Positions 39,001 to 54,000 of a DNA stretch of 64,000 nucleotides are shown here, in pieces. Source of the stretch: Lytechinus pictus (taxonomy: Eukaryota); the NCBI RefSeq assembly GCF_037042905.1, contig NC_087259.1, positions 23,126,001 to 23,190,000 of the forward strand. The letters run 5' to 3'. The stretch's first letter is position 1, and every line of letters starts with the position of its first letter. The notes below the pieces were generated by a model. That model saw only the letters and a list, made by a program, of their open reading frames with translations. It was not told where the DNA came from and made no database searches. The position numbers and the translations under genes were made by a program.

Positions 39001-42000
39001 GGGATACAGTTTCATCATGCAGTACAGGGCGTCGATGAACACTTTTATTTTTTTCTCCAAAATATGGAAAGTGACAGAATAATCAGAAAAAGGTTGATTG
39101 GTTCTGATTTAAAAAAAAAAACAGAATTTATCAAGATTGCTGTTATTCTTCATGGTTGTAGAATTTAATTTAGTTTCTCTGATAAGTATAATTCTTAATT
39201 TCAAACTCAAATTTTGATTAATCGTATTTCATTTATTTCACTCTTTTCTTTCGCCTCGTTTTTTTTTCTTCCAAAAAACCAGGGAGCTGAAAAATATGAG
39301 AGCTAGAACCTAAAGATATGGGGTAGCTATGACGTTGGAGGGGGCGCAGCCTCATGCACTTGCAGATCCAAATAAATTTTCACAGGGGACACTTAGAGTA
39401 GCCCCTATTTCTTTAATATTATTTTTACAAGCAAAAAGAAGTCAATGAAGACATCAGGCCACCGACAGCTGCCTCGTCAAAGGGGGGGGGGGGGGCGGTC
39501 GATTATTTTGAGTATTTTTTTTTTCATTTTGTCCTCAATAAGGGGGGGGGGGGTTCAATTAATTCTATATACACTTCTATTGTCTTTATATATGGGGGGG
39601 GGGGGTCTGCTACTGAGCATGTTTTTAAAAGGGCTTAATAAGGGGCTTAATACAACAGAAATTGTACGATTTAATACAATAAAATGTATCATCGAGGTTA
39701 ATACTAAATTAATACATAATTAATAATTGTTTTAATTGAAAATGAAAATAATAAAGGCACCCATAGATCTTAACATCTCATAAATACAGGCCTAAACCTG
39801 TATTGGAAGTTGAACAGGCATAAAGTATAAATGTTTAGCTATATAGCTGATGCTTTGATCCCGCAACCAAATAATGTTATCATAAACTAGTAGATGTTAT
39901 ATCAGTCATGTCAGTGGCGTAACAAGTGAAAATAATTGAGGGTACTACGATATGGCGTATCAGGCAAAATTTATAAAATATATAGTTGCAAGCAAGCGAC
40001 ATAAGCATAATTTTGACTTTTGGTTACAAAAATCCAATTGAACAATTTCGCAAGATTCTCTTACCTTTTCCTTTTTTTTCTTGTTCGTGAATTGGGGACC
40101 CACCCCCCCCCCCCATACAGCACCACTCTTTGTTGTCACTGTCTAAAATTTGATTTAAACTTTGAGAATGTGAATTTCTTATCTAAGTAATCCAAAGGGA
40201 TAAGACAAAAATATTTGCAGATTACTTATTTCAAAGTATTTTTATACCTATAACTCCCCAACTCTGCTCTAGCTGCACTGCACGTTGCCTAACGGCCTTC
40301 CACCAAAGGGCCAGGCCGACTCGCCCCGTGAGCAAGTGACCGCGTTCGCGTAAGTTCACCCGAAGCCATGACTAAATTCTGACCATAAACATCACCTAAC
40401 TAATCACTCTCTGACAATATTTCAAAGTATCTTTTATTACAGTCGATCCTTTGGGCCATTAAACGATAATATTTCCAATGTTATCATGACAAACAATTTT
40501 AATGAGATAGTGGCATTGTAGAAAAAACAAATTTATAAGCACGAAATGGCACCAGATAAATCATCAAACATACAGCGCAGCGTTCGGGACTGGTGAGTGG
40601 TACGTCTCTCTTGGAGTTTTCGCCCCGACGAATTCGGCGAAAACGCTACCATTGCGCCGTGCGAATGTTCAATCTGCGGCTCTCAATCAGAGACTTGAAT
40701 GTCTCTTTTTGCATTATCGAAAATGTATCATAGACTTTGTTTGATTTGTTTACAAGTAAGTTGCATATCCGTCGTGATAATTAGGAAAATCCATGATGTC
40801 TTCTTCTAATTCTGTAAAAATTACCTCTTCAAAGTGCCTGTGTCAGAAAATTGCCGGAAATCGTAAAAACTTGCCTAAAATGTCTCTTTTTGAAAGTTCA
40901 TCCATGGTCTGGAAAAAAATGTTATAATTTATGTAGACGTATACCGTAAACAAATACATCCTCGATCACTGAAATGAAGTGTTTGCTAAGCTTTTATATC
41001 TCAGACCGCGTTACCATGGCAACTTGGGAAAACCTTTATTTTTTACTAATAAAATTCTGGTTTTAAGGGTCATTTTAGAGACATAAAACTAACCATATTT
41101 TGAAGTATTGGGTTTAAATTTCACATAAAACTGAATTATCTATGTTTATACTTTCGTATATGAATATTCATATTTCTTGTAGAATCCTAGTTTTTGATTG
41201 GTCAATGTTTCAGTCATGGATAATAACTGAGCGTAAAAAAATCTGAAAATGCGCATTTTATCGGCAACCAACAAGCAAGATGGCGGAACACATTAAGTTG
41301 GCGCTATGCACGTACGGTACGTGGATCTCAGCTTCAGCTATGCCGCCACCAGCTTCAGACGAGTTCTTCTGTCTTTTTGAATTTGAAAGCGATGACAGCG
41401 TCGAAATTGGACCATTTTCTTGGATATTAGACACGGACAAGGATGTGGATCCTGAAAGCTATGTCGATCAAGCTGTTGAAGTTATGTGGGTCAGTGGCAG
41501 CAAAACGGAGAAGTATCGAGCAACAGTGTTGGCTGTAAATAGTAAGTCCGTACCGTACGGTGTACCCATGCAACTCAGTCCCATGCATCATGCAGTACCG
41601 TATACGATAATTGTGGTCATACATATTTACAATGACGTACATGTCAACGAATAATGTCAAAAATACATATTCTCTGCATAAAATCAAATTGAAAATTATA
41701 TGATCGGCTGCACAATCTCATAATGAACACATCTGATGTCATACAATATTTAAGTCTAAAGAATTTAACGTAGGCCTACATATTTTTCTTCAAGTTCAAA
41801 TCGACTTTCAAATAGGGCCTAGATCTAAACCTTCCAAAAAGAAACTGCGTCTGCGAAGCCGAAGACAAACGTGTGCATGGCCATGGGAATGTAACATTAT
41901 TGTTGACATGCTCACTCACTGCCACCATTCCTAATCCTATATATTCTTGTCATATGTGTAAAACACCTTGTGTATGTTAGTAGATCTACTTGTGACTCAT

Positions 42001-45000
42001 TAACCCATCAAGGACGAGAGCTATTTAAAGCCTAAAGGCTAAAGGCCAAATTGATCATTGTTTTCCTCTACAAATTGGCAACTCGTATTTGTCGTAAATT
42101 TTGTTGGCCATTATTCGTTAAAATATCACTACCATCCCACAAATATGCGGGGCTTAGCCTTAGGCACTGATGGGTTAACAGTCAATTGACATGGTCCATT
42201 GACTTGTACCACTACCAGTATTACAGTCAATGTACTATTAATTAGATCTATATTGATTCAAATTGTTATTTTGGTAAAAAAAGGTCTACAATTGCACACC
42301 CCCCTGGCATTTCAACAAATATTTGGCCGATTGAAATTTGCACAAATTGATGCTCTAACTAATAATGATTGATATGTGACAAAAATTTCAAAGAAATTCG
42401 AAGGCGGGAACTCACGATATCGCCTTATCGGTGTCAACATGGCAATGGCTGCGATTGCGATGCCGATGGAGAGTAGTTGTTGCCTCCGATCGTACAACCA
42501 ATTGTGATGGATCACAAACAATTATAACGCTGTGAGTGTGATAACATTAACAAGACTTTTTACATTTTTTTCTGTTATTTTTTCCCTTATAATTTATATT
42601 CATAACGGAAAAAAGTTTATCACATGTTATGATCAGCGTTATTATTGTTTGGGATTGATCACAATTGGTTGTACGATCGGAGGCAACAACTACTCTCCAT
42701 TGCGATCGCATTGGATGTCGATGCCGATATCGTATTTATGTATTAATCATTATTAGAGCATCAATTTGTGCAAATTTCATCTCAATCGGCCATACACTTT
42801 TGAAATGCCAGGGGGGTGTGCAATTGTAGACCTTTAGGCTTTACCGTTATTTTTGTTAACTGAATTTGACTTTGTATTTGAATGTTCTACTAGCTACTCT
42901 TCTATATTATAAACATTGTCTGTGATTTATGTTCTGATGTTCGTACATTGCCATGATGTTGGTATATTGCAGTGAGTGCGATGTAAACAGTGGCACTGAC
43001 CACATGATCACGTAGTACTAGTAAATTTCCAAGACCAAGCCTCACATGCATTATCAACATGTCTGTTATTTAACTCCGGGCATCGCTAGCAGATTTTTTT
43101 TTTTTTTTTTTTTTAAATTATTTTAAAGCAGTTTTTCGCTGCGCATTACTCCCATTAGACATTTTTGGCTCCGGATCACTAGCGCTGTCGCGCTAGCGAT
43201 CCCCGGAGTTACATGTCTGTTAACTCCGAGGATTGCCACGCTGCGCGTGGCGATCCGAATCCACTCAAAAGTGAACAAAAAAAGTTCACATTTGTGCAGC
43301 TGAATTCAGCTTTAAAATAATGAAATCATGCAATACTTAATTACCACCAAAATATGACGCAATATGCTAGCTTTGCTGTGCCTCCATAAAAGAATCGGAT
43401 TTCCCCCTCCATTCGGCACAAATTCAGTCATTTAATGGCTTCCGAGACTTCCCTCCCGTGGCCAACTGCACAAATGTGAACTTTTTTAGTTTTTTGTTCA
43501 CTTTTGAGTGGATTCGGATCGCCCCAGAGTTATGTCTGTATGTGTGGCGCTGGCGAGCTGCATGAATGATGAGGTAGGTACTAGAAATTGACAATCTGAC
43601 ATAAACATGATTATGTGCATGATTATTTTTTAGAAGTGCCCTAGCCTGTTAAAAAAATTTTTCGGGGTCTCCCTGATATGTTAAAGCAATTATCATGATT
43701 ATGGAGACATTTGAAAAGTGATTTTTGTATTAATTATTTCCATAAACCAAACCAAATGAGGAGTGGGAAAGCTCCAAGTGAGTTTGTTTGAAATTGTATA
43801 GTTAATTTTTTAATTTGTTTCAAAATTGTTTAAAGGATCCAAGGATAATCTCATCAGAAAAAGGAACAAGATGTGTGACGGGCAATCAATGGAGACTGAT
43901 AAGGAAACTGGGAGAGGGAAGAGAAAGAAGAAACCAACACGCACATACATGTATTCATCTTCGGAGTTGGAGACGGATGATGAGGAGCCTCAACCAAAAG
44001 AAACAAAGGTGTGTGTACATGTGTCATATGATATCCCAACACTGGAAGTAATTTTTGATGACTGACAGATTAACAAAATCTTTCTATCCAGTTATCATTT
44101 ACAAACTCATCAACAAACATAGTCAATAAATCCTTTACAGTTTACAGAAATAACATTGTTGGCTTTGTTTCAATATTATGCAGCTCAATCATATTTATAA
44201 ACAAATGTTCTGGTTAAAATGTATAAGGAGGGATATTTGTTTTCAATTTGTAGAAACAGAATAACATGTTTTTGCTCTTTTTTTAAATTTCTTGGGTGCT
44301 TAATACAGATGGTTCTAAGCGTCTACATATTGCTAAATTTTTCTTCATGAAGTAACTGCAATCGCCAATGGTTGTGTAACTTGTGTGCCTAGACAATTCC
44401 CAAGATGCTAAACAGTACTATTTAAAAAAAATCATAAAATTGTTTTTACTTCTATCTTTTCCTTTTTCAGAAATCAAAATCAAAAATTTCACAGTGCAAT
44501 GAGATGGCCAGGGATCTCAGGAAGCAAATGTTTGGTGCCAATGAAACGGTATGTGCAGCTATTTAAACACCTTGGAATTGCAACTTGCAAGCGTGATTAA
44601 TCTAAGGTACCTGTTGATGCATAGTAAGCTATAAGTTTGTTCACATATGCAAAGTGTCCTAAAATCACTGTTATATGACAATTAACTAAATGCTCAGTCC
44701 TGGGCAAGTCCAAGATAACGCGCGTGTTACGTATGGGACATTTCAGAGGCTTTTATTTCCAGAAAAAGGGTGTAAAGGAACTTTGATTGCATTGAATTTA
44801 ACCATGGTGATTGATATCCAGGAGAAGTGTATTCATGTAAAAAATTGTGAGAAATGACCTTGACAATGAGATTTTAGAAGAGAAAATGTGTGCTGTTACG
44901 TATGGGACCAGAAGAAAAGAGATTTTTTTAATTTCTTTTTCAAGTTGAAATTGCTCAGAAAGTATTTCATTTAAAACCTTGAAACTCACTGTGATAAAAG

Positions 45001-48000
45001 TCACAGCACTCAAGTTTACCAAGGATAAATTTCATGTAAAAAGGCAGAAAGCTCTAAGTACAGGCTCTGATTAAAGACAGATATGACGTGTTACGTATGG
45101 GACATTTTTTCCCCTATTCGTTTAGTGTGTGGAAAGCGTATATTGGATTTTTGGTCTGGTTACCAAAGTGAAATAAGCTGTAATTAATCAGATTTGTTTG
45201 CAAATTGTCAGGAAAATGAAATTCCAATAAAATTTACAACCATAATCATATTTGATTATATTTTTCATTTTTATCTATTTTGTTTCATACGGGCATGCTG
45301 CTAATCAACCACTTACTGATTTGAACATGTATTTACTAGTGCTAATTATTATAGAAGTTTTGATGATATTTTTTTGTTTTTTTTATTTGGGGGTGGGGGC
45401 AATTTTTATACATTCACTGGGCTTTTAAGTTGTATAATTAAACTGTGTGAAAATGCCTTTTCTATTGTTCAAGAAGAACCACTTGAGTAATACCAGCTAT
45501 AGATCTACAAACAAGTATGATCATTCTGTGCGAATATAATGAACCACCGTGCACCGTTCTTGGTCTATATTAGTGTATTTTCCCTAAATATGAAATGCCA
45601 TGAAACAGTTGCATGATTTCTAAAATGAAAGCATACACACCCTTGCTTTTATCAAATACATCTTTACTACCTGTAGATTTAATCTTGAACAGGGGGGCCA
45701 CAATATGAAATAATACACAGTTAAAATTCTTGATGTTGTCACAGTTTCTAACAAAACTTTTCTGAAAGGCTATTTTTTATGGGCATCTTCTGCATCATCA
45801 CATAATTTTTGTAAAATTTGTTCTTTTTTTTTTTTTGTTATCCCTCTTCACTGTATTTATCTTACTCAGTAGCTACACTTTCCTCTGTAAAGATGTGAAT
45901 TTCTTGATTGGTAGTAACTGGTGGAGGTAAAAAAAAAAAATCTGTCTCTGGTTCATTAGCAAAGCTGAACTTTGTTTTGCAAGACTTGTTTTCTTCCTCA
46001 TGATTCCGAGGCTGACAGTAATGGCAACTGTCTGATTGTCATATATTTTCACCTTTCTTACAAATTAATAAATAAGAGGGTATTTTTTAATCAAATTATA
46101 GCATTCTTTCAATCTGAATCAGGTTCTTCTGGATGGCTTAATGTTGTTGCATTTCTTGAAGAACAAATGTGCTCCTTCATATTCAGATTGTTCTCAAATG
46201 AAGTGATGACTTCTGTATGGATTATGCTCTACCTAAATTAATATATTTTACACATTTCATGCTGATTTATTTTACCTACCTCTCCCCATTTAGAATGCAG
46301 CAGTCTAGTATTGTCTCAAGACAGTGGCTGCAAGATTGGGATGCATGCTGCAGGCTCATTGACCATTCATGTACTGAGAAACTATTGATGCCTGCTGCAT
46401 GTACATTCGCATGCAATATATATGGGGATGTCCCATACGTAACACATTGTCACATACGTAACATTATTTCATTTGCTAATTAAAAATGGGTCTAATTGTT
46501 ATTTCTTTTCTTTCTAACCAGTATCTAACTTCTTAACACAATAAATTAGAACTTCCCAGAATAGCACTGCAATAACTTTTACAAATTCAGAAATAAACTA
46601 AAAAAATGTCCTCAATTTGTTACGTATGGGACAATCGCTGATAGGACGCGACCTAATTTGCATAATTAATTGCGTCGTGCATAAATTTTCATACCAAATT
46701 AAAATAGATGATGAACCTCTTAGGTCCACATATTAATAAAATTTCAATTGTGTTCCTTTAAAGGTGTAGATCAGTAGTGGTTTAGGAACTCGAAATGTAT
46801 TTGAAATCAGGTTAATGGGTATTTATATAAAGAAAACATCATTAAAGAACTATCGTGGAATTTTGGACACCTAATTTTACTTCTGTGTGATTTTATGAAT
46901 GAAAAAAGGTTGATCTTGTATCCATCGAAGAGCGAAAATTCGTTCGTAAAATTCAAATATCAATACACACAGCCGTTATCGACTTTTGTACGTGGGCCAC
47001 GTACAAAAGTAAATATCTGTTTTCTTTGATATTTCAGCCATTTCTGAACCGATTTTGATCAAATAAACGTGACATTTGTTTAAAATTAATGATCTTACTT
47101 CAGTATTTTTAGTTATTTTCATTCCAGCTCCCAAAATAGTTAAATGGTTCCAACGCCCTCTCGCCCACTACTGATCTTCCTCTTTAAATAATAATGATTT
47201 TTTATATTTGTCCCATACGTAACACAGCATTTCTAATTTATGCAAATTAAGTCACTGAAATTTGCATAAATTTGCATGATACAATTTATTCCTTCACAGA
47301 ATTTTAAATTTCAACTATCATGCTTCAAAATGACACCAAACATTTCAATGTTGAGCAAAGATGAAATTTTGTCTTCTCAGGGGACCTTATCTTGGACTTG
47401 CCCTCCTATTGATTGCTACAATTTTAACACATTTGAATGAATCCTTTAAAATTTTCATTGAACATATTTAGCTAAGTAATTAAACATTATAAATGTACAA
47501 AGTCAATATATTTAGTTAGATAAGTATGCTAATTGCCATGTAAAATCTTACAAATCCTAATTCACAGTGAAACCTTGTTATTGGTCAAAATTAACTAAAT
47601 CCTGTTATGACGAGGTAATTGCGCTGGTTCACATTCATAAACCATACTTTTTAACTAGTGTCCGATTTGTTATCATTCTGACAGAAAAAATCAAATGGAC
47701 GTACGGCAACGGGAAGTGGAACAAGTGGTGAGATAATTGACCTGAAAAAGCAGTTGGAGAAATCAAGGAGAGAGACTGAGGATCTGCAGGTGAAGCTGAC
47801 TAAGGAGAAGGCAGTTAGGGAAAAGATACAGCAACAGCTGTTGTTTTTGCAAGGTACAGTATTTCCTCCCATTATTTAGTATTCAAATGCTTGGACAATA
47901 CCTCATAGTCATATACCTCACATATTCGTTAAACAAACCTTTAGTTTATGGTGCCCTTTTGAGCCCATTTAAATAATTCATGTTGAATAGTTGGTAAAAA

Positions 48001-51000
48001 AAAAAGTTGGAATGAGGGGACTTGTTCCATATGTTAACAACTCTGTATAAGCCTTCTGAACTTTGTGAAATTCATGGAGTGGCTTCTTTTTCTGAGGTAT
48101 CCCAATCTCTCAAAGAAGTTTTCTACTTTTTTTTATCTGTGTCATGATCTTATGTTTGTATTAAATCTCCAGCTCTCTTCTCCATTCTAGAGTATTCAGC
48201 TTCGGTTTGGCAAATTTTTCTTCATATAATACCTTCATAGTTTTAAATAGTTCAATTTTTAGTGGTATGAATAAATATCTATGTTATTTTGTTTTTGTTC
48301 AAGGAGTGCCTAAATTCATCGAAACCTTTAAAGGGTTCATAGTGGATATGGAGGAGATGTCGAGACTCAAGGTATGTTGTGAATCTTAAGGGGTGGTCAC
48401 ACTGGACATGACTATACCCACGAATTTGCTGTATGCATGTGGTACGAACTAGTGCTCTATGTCTACTGTTCACATATTTGCCAATGCCATGAGAAAGCAG
48501 TAAGAATCCGATAACACTTCCATCAAGAATGGAGAAGAACCAGTACGATGTCTTGCGAACTCAGTATGATTGCAGTAAGAATGGTGGACAATACCTATGA
48601 CATTCTTACTGCAATTGTACCAAGTGTGTAACCCTCGTACTGGTTCTTCTTTCTTGATGGAAGAGTATCGCATATTTACTGCTGTCTCACTGCATTCTTG
48701 TGGCATTCGCAAATATGCATACAGTATGCATTGAGCATATGTAGGTATGGTCGATACATGGCGAACTACGATCGTACAGGTTAATACCGCAGGCAAATGT
48801 GTACAGCATTTGTGGGTATAGCATACCTGCCAACCATTCCGATTTTGGCGGAATTATACCGATTTTTTAGCCTCCATTCCGAATTCCGAATTTTTAAACC
48901 AAAATTCCGATTTTTAGGTCAATCAATATAGTGTTGAAATTATTGAAACGGCTGTATGATGCGACTAACGCATAAGCGGCTGTAACATACGACTAACGCA
49001 TAAACAACTGGGGCGCACGGCTAAGTGCTAAGTGCACAGTTCCATTGCAATTGCATGTGAAAATTACGAGCAGCGGCCACAGCGGCGCGGCCGATATTAG
49101 CGTTGACTTCCGGAACAAAATGGCGGCTGACATCGGCTCGCGAAAGTGCCAGTTTTCAGTGAGGACACGTTTTCAAAATCCACGAACATCGGAAAAACCG
49201 TGAAAAATTCACTTTTTTAGACCCCTTGTTTCCTAACTACGATGTATAGAATTAAGGATGGTGATATTTTTGACGCGAAATATGGTGATTTAGTAAGAAA
49301 ATTTCACTTTTTATTCGAGGTTTTGCTCTTTTCGCCGGATGATTTTGTATTGTGGAATGAGTTAGTGAATGAGTCGTGTACTGGTGTCTAGAGTGTGTTG
49401 GTAATATCATTGATGAGTCTGCTTACCGGCGCGGCGCCTGCTTACCCGGCCGATCGGCCGCGCCGTGCACATCGGGAGGCTCTGCCGTAGTTACTCAAGT
49501 TTATCCCTACGCAATGTTAAATTGATCTGTACTTTATTTTTTCGAATAATTGTCAAATTTGTGAGAAAGAAAGCGGCAATTATCAACTTTCGAGTCAAGT
49601 TGATCCATCGGAGCCGAACGCCAAATCTACTTGCTTCGCTTGCCTAAACTCCCGGCGCCCGAGTTGCAGCGCCTCAGCCTCCCAGTCTCATCGGCGCACC
49701 GCAAGTGCAGTGGTGGGTGCGGGTCGGGCGTATTCCGCCGTATTACTTCGGCTCCGTTTTTGTCATGGCTGAAAATATGCTTTCTTATGCCAACAAGCAC
49801 TTATCTAATAAAGGTTATGATATAACCTTGTCCTCAGTCACTACTCCTGTGTGGTGAAATATAAACATGAATAAGATGACAATGTTTGGCTTATTTTGAT
49901 GCATATGATAGACTTGATATAATTATAAATGATAAATAAATGTTCTGGATCTGGATGTATACGATGCAGGGCCCTCCTGGGCATAAACGCATCGGGTGAG
50001 AGAGGGCGGGGTGAGGATTAGAAAGCTCTGTCAATGGCCTTCTTGAATGAGCTTGTCGATGTTGAGTTGATGACAGCGTCACTCAAGTGATTCCATCACT
50101 TGTTAGATTTTTTTGCACTCAGTTTTTAATACAGTAGGCTAGGCCAACTTGAATCTGAATTAATGATACAAAATATCCCTTGGCCCAAAACTCAATTGAA
50201 TTCTTGAAATTAGTTTTTTTCTGATTAAAAAGAGAATCTTTCCAGAAACTTTCCAACAATAGAGGGCCTTACAAAAATATGCTCAAAATCAAATTATTCC
50301 TAAATCTATATAGATTTCAATGAAAACAAATCACACCTGAATGAAACTGGGTGTATTTTTTTGTCACAAACGTGATATCTTAAAGACCCTTGTTTTAATG
50401 TTTGATTGATAAATGATATTATATTACATATAAGTAGACTAACGTTACATGTAGGTCATCCTGTGGTATGGTTAAGAGGGTAAATTTGCTTTAAAAAGGG
50501 TAGGGAAATGCTACTTTTACATGCAGAAAATGCAGAGTCCCTACCATGGGAGGGGGAAACCATCTCGCGCGCGACCCGCTCGGCGCCCTCGTGACTTTGA
50601 TACTGATTTTTTATTATCAAAGGTTGGCAGGTATGGTATAGTCATGACTGTGTGATCACTCCTTTAGGCAAAGCGATTCCAGGCCAGCGTGCATTTGTGT
50701 TTATGATGAATTACTCTGGATGGATCGTTATATTGTATAGGTCTATGAAAACTGAATCAGTGGGAATTAGTAACTATTTAGAAGTCATTTTTTAGAGGAG
50801 GAAACATGCATGCAAATCTCTTATGCTATTTGCTATTTTCTGTTTGCTTTTGTTTCCTTTGATTGCTTGACCTACTTTGCAGTAAAATCTTGGTAAATAT
50901 TTGATGGTATGAAATATGGATTTTCGTTTTCATTGGCAGGCTGATCATGAAGAGATGCACTGTCCATCAGGAGGGTCATCTACATCATCCTCGCCCGCTC

Positions 51001-54000
51001 GTTCCTCGCCCGCTCGTTCCTCCACCCAGTCCTCCACCCAATCCTCGCCATCATCAGCACGACCACAGGTAATTACTTCATGTATAAATATTTTAGTTCG
51101 ACTAAGTGGCCCAGATTCAAAAAGAAAATTTGTACATAACCATGATTAACATTGATTACTGCTCGTATACAAGATAACAATTTCTAATTATATGATGGTT
51201 CGAGCTTGCAAATCGGCAAAATATTTCAGAAACATTTATTTGTTGCATTAAGTGTGTACTGTCAATATTGTTAACAGTATTTAGTCCTCACCAGGCCAGG
51301 TTAGTCTATAGCCCGCACCCCCCCCCCCCACAAGAAATCTCGGCCCCTTATAACGAGGTGTTTGGGACCATCGATTTTACCTTGTCATAAGCGGTATCTC
51401 GTTATAAACGGCAGATTCAATAACACATATAGAAACACATTTACAATTGGGACCAAAGGATTCTCCTCGTTATAAGCGGTACAGGGAAACCCCGTTATAA
51501 CGAACTCGCTTATAACGAGGGGAATCCTTTGGTCCCGATCGTAAATCTGTGTTTTATATGTATTATTAAATCTGCCGTTTATAACGAAGTACCGCTTAAT
51601 ATAACGAGGTAAATTTGATGGTCCCGACCACCTTGTTAAAACAGGGTTACCTGTACTTCATTATAAGCGAGCTCGTTATAACAGGGTTTCCCAATATCAT
51701 GATCACTTCTGACAGATGTACCCGTCCATTATGTAATTTTTACTCAGATTACAAAGCTACCAGCAATTTTGATTTGATAATATTTTCTTCATTCATTGTT
51801 CGTTTATAGTGGAAAATGTGTGCCATCATGGACATTACATATTTGGGCAAATTATGTAATGGATCCTGATGGTACACATTTTATGAAATAGCTGAACATT
51901 TGATGAGCCAAATGTTTGTAAACTTGTAGTGTATAAACTTGTTCATAGCTTTGTATTCAAAGTACAAGTTACATCCTTTAAATTGTGCGATAGCGGAAGC
52001 AGGATTTTTTATAGTTCGCAATCGAAGATCCATCTAGTTCATATTTGTAATGTCTTTGACTCTGGAATAGCCCGTATCAGCCTACTTATTATAAAAAGAT
52101 ATCACTGCCCAATCTATGCAGGGCTAGTGCTTAGCTTTTTATTTACAGGTGAACATAACACATTAAATATATTTGATCATAGACTTGTGTGTTGTAGAAC
52201 CTAACAAGTTTGTGGCTAATACAGAGCTTCTTTCTTATTTCTAGTGGCCAAATAAAATTTCAAGTGGCCATTGGCACCCAAGTCGTGCTATGATTCTCAT
52301 TTACCTACCTTGACTATAATCTTTTATTTTTTGTTTTTTACGTGTTCCTTTGCAGGTCATGTCAAGTCAAAGTTCCCAGGAGTGTCATCATCGGAAATCC
52401 GCATCGTTATGCGGAACAAAGTTGGCAACGAAATTAAGTTGGCCAAACGTAGATCTCAACCGAAAGAGAACCAAGCCAAAGAAAACCAAGCCAAAGAATT
52501 AAACCAAGAACCACAAGATGAGACCGAATGAAGCACTTTGTCAAGATGACTAATTAATTAATAATGAGCTAAGTCTTGTTACTTACTAATTATCCCCTGT
52601 TCACTGTCCAGAGGAGGCAAATTTGCGCGACCTGCCACATTCTTCGCACCATTCAGTGACGAGGTCAGTAACATGGGCCTGCCGAACACTGCCAGCATCA
52701 GAGGACTTAACAAGCACATGCATATTCTGTTCCAAATATAATTTAGTATGATCATCATGATGCGACCTATCCGAGTATGCCATGTTTGGTACGTTTCTGG
52801 CACTTCTGAATCGCCCGTCGCTCCTGTGTATTTTTTTGGTTGATTGGAATATGTTTTAGACCACAGGCATTGCTATAATGCTTGCTACAGACCAACATTA
52901 AAAAAAAAAATAATAATGTTTTAATAGGGGCCAGAATTATCCTTATCTGATATATTAAAGGTGCTCCTGCATCGTTTATCATACACACAGTGCCATCTTG
53001 CGCACAAACTAGCCTAGTTCAAAATGGCGATCTGTAGCGTAGCATCCCAACGCTTGATGATCTTTAACATTTCACCTGTTTCTAAAGCTATTTTGATAAA
53101 AAGCTCTTCATGGGCCATCACATCAATTCTAGGCATGTATTGTGTTTTCCGTCCAGCTGGTACTAATATATTAAATTTTATGTTTTGGCATGTGGATATC
53201 AAATGACAGTGCGCACGCATCAATCAGTGTTCTTTGTTGGCACCCTTCTAAACAAATAAGTGTCAAGAACTTTCTTGTTGAGTAAATTTTGATCTGATAA
53301 GGAAACAATTTGAGATTTTTTTGTGCAAAAAATGGCATTTATATATGATCTACGGATAAAAGCCCAAATTCACCTTGAAGAATAGAATCAAATCAGACTA
53401 ACAAGAAACTACGTCTCTTGGAAGACATCAAAATTTATATGGGGAACCTAAATTGCCTCAAACATGCATTAAAATTTGAGACATTTGGTATTGTTAATCT
53501 GATCTTTAAACAAAAGCGAATGGAATTAAAATTGCTTTTGTTATGATTTTGAATGACGGGAATATACCAAATTATTTCATGTTCCTGATTGTTCCGTACT
53601 CTATTTGCCAAAGATATTGCTGAAATGTATTCATTGTGTGCTGAAAAATAACTTTGATAATGTGTATGCGTTTGACGCCATTTATTTAAGTGGCAAATTT
53701 CCTCTCGTCCTTTAAAAACTTTGCCTTGTGCCAAATAACAAAGTATGCTCATGTAACATTTTAAAGGCATTGTCTTCTATATGTGTACACAATATATTTA
53801 CCCTACTTATTTGTTGTGTAAGGTCACATTGATAAAGTGCTGTAACAAATATTGTTATATTATTGATAGATTATCTGTAGTAGTTATAAAAAAGTACTAA
53901 AGTAGAGATGTTAGATATCTTCATGTTTTTGTTGCAACTCAGTACAGATGTTTTTAACTACAGTTTTGAGATATTATTGATAGATTATCTGCTACAATTT

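Noticed and set aside
52579-53223. Minus-strand ORFs as remnants of the CACTA transposase
   Set aside because: I recognise no DDE/Transposase_21 motifs; a TBLASTN or HMM search would be needed.
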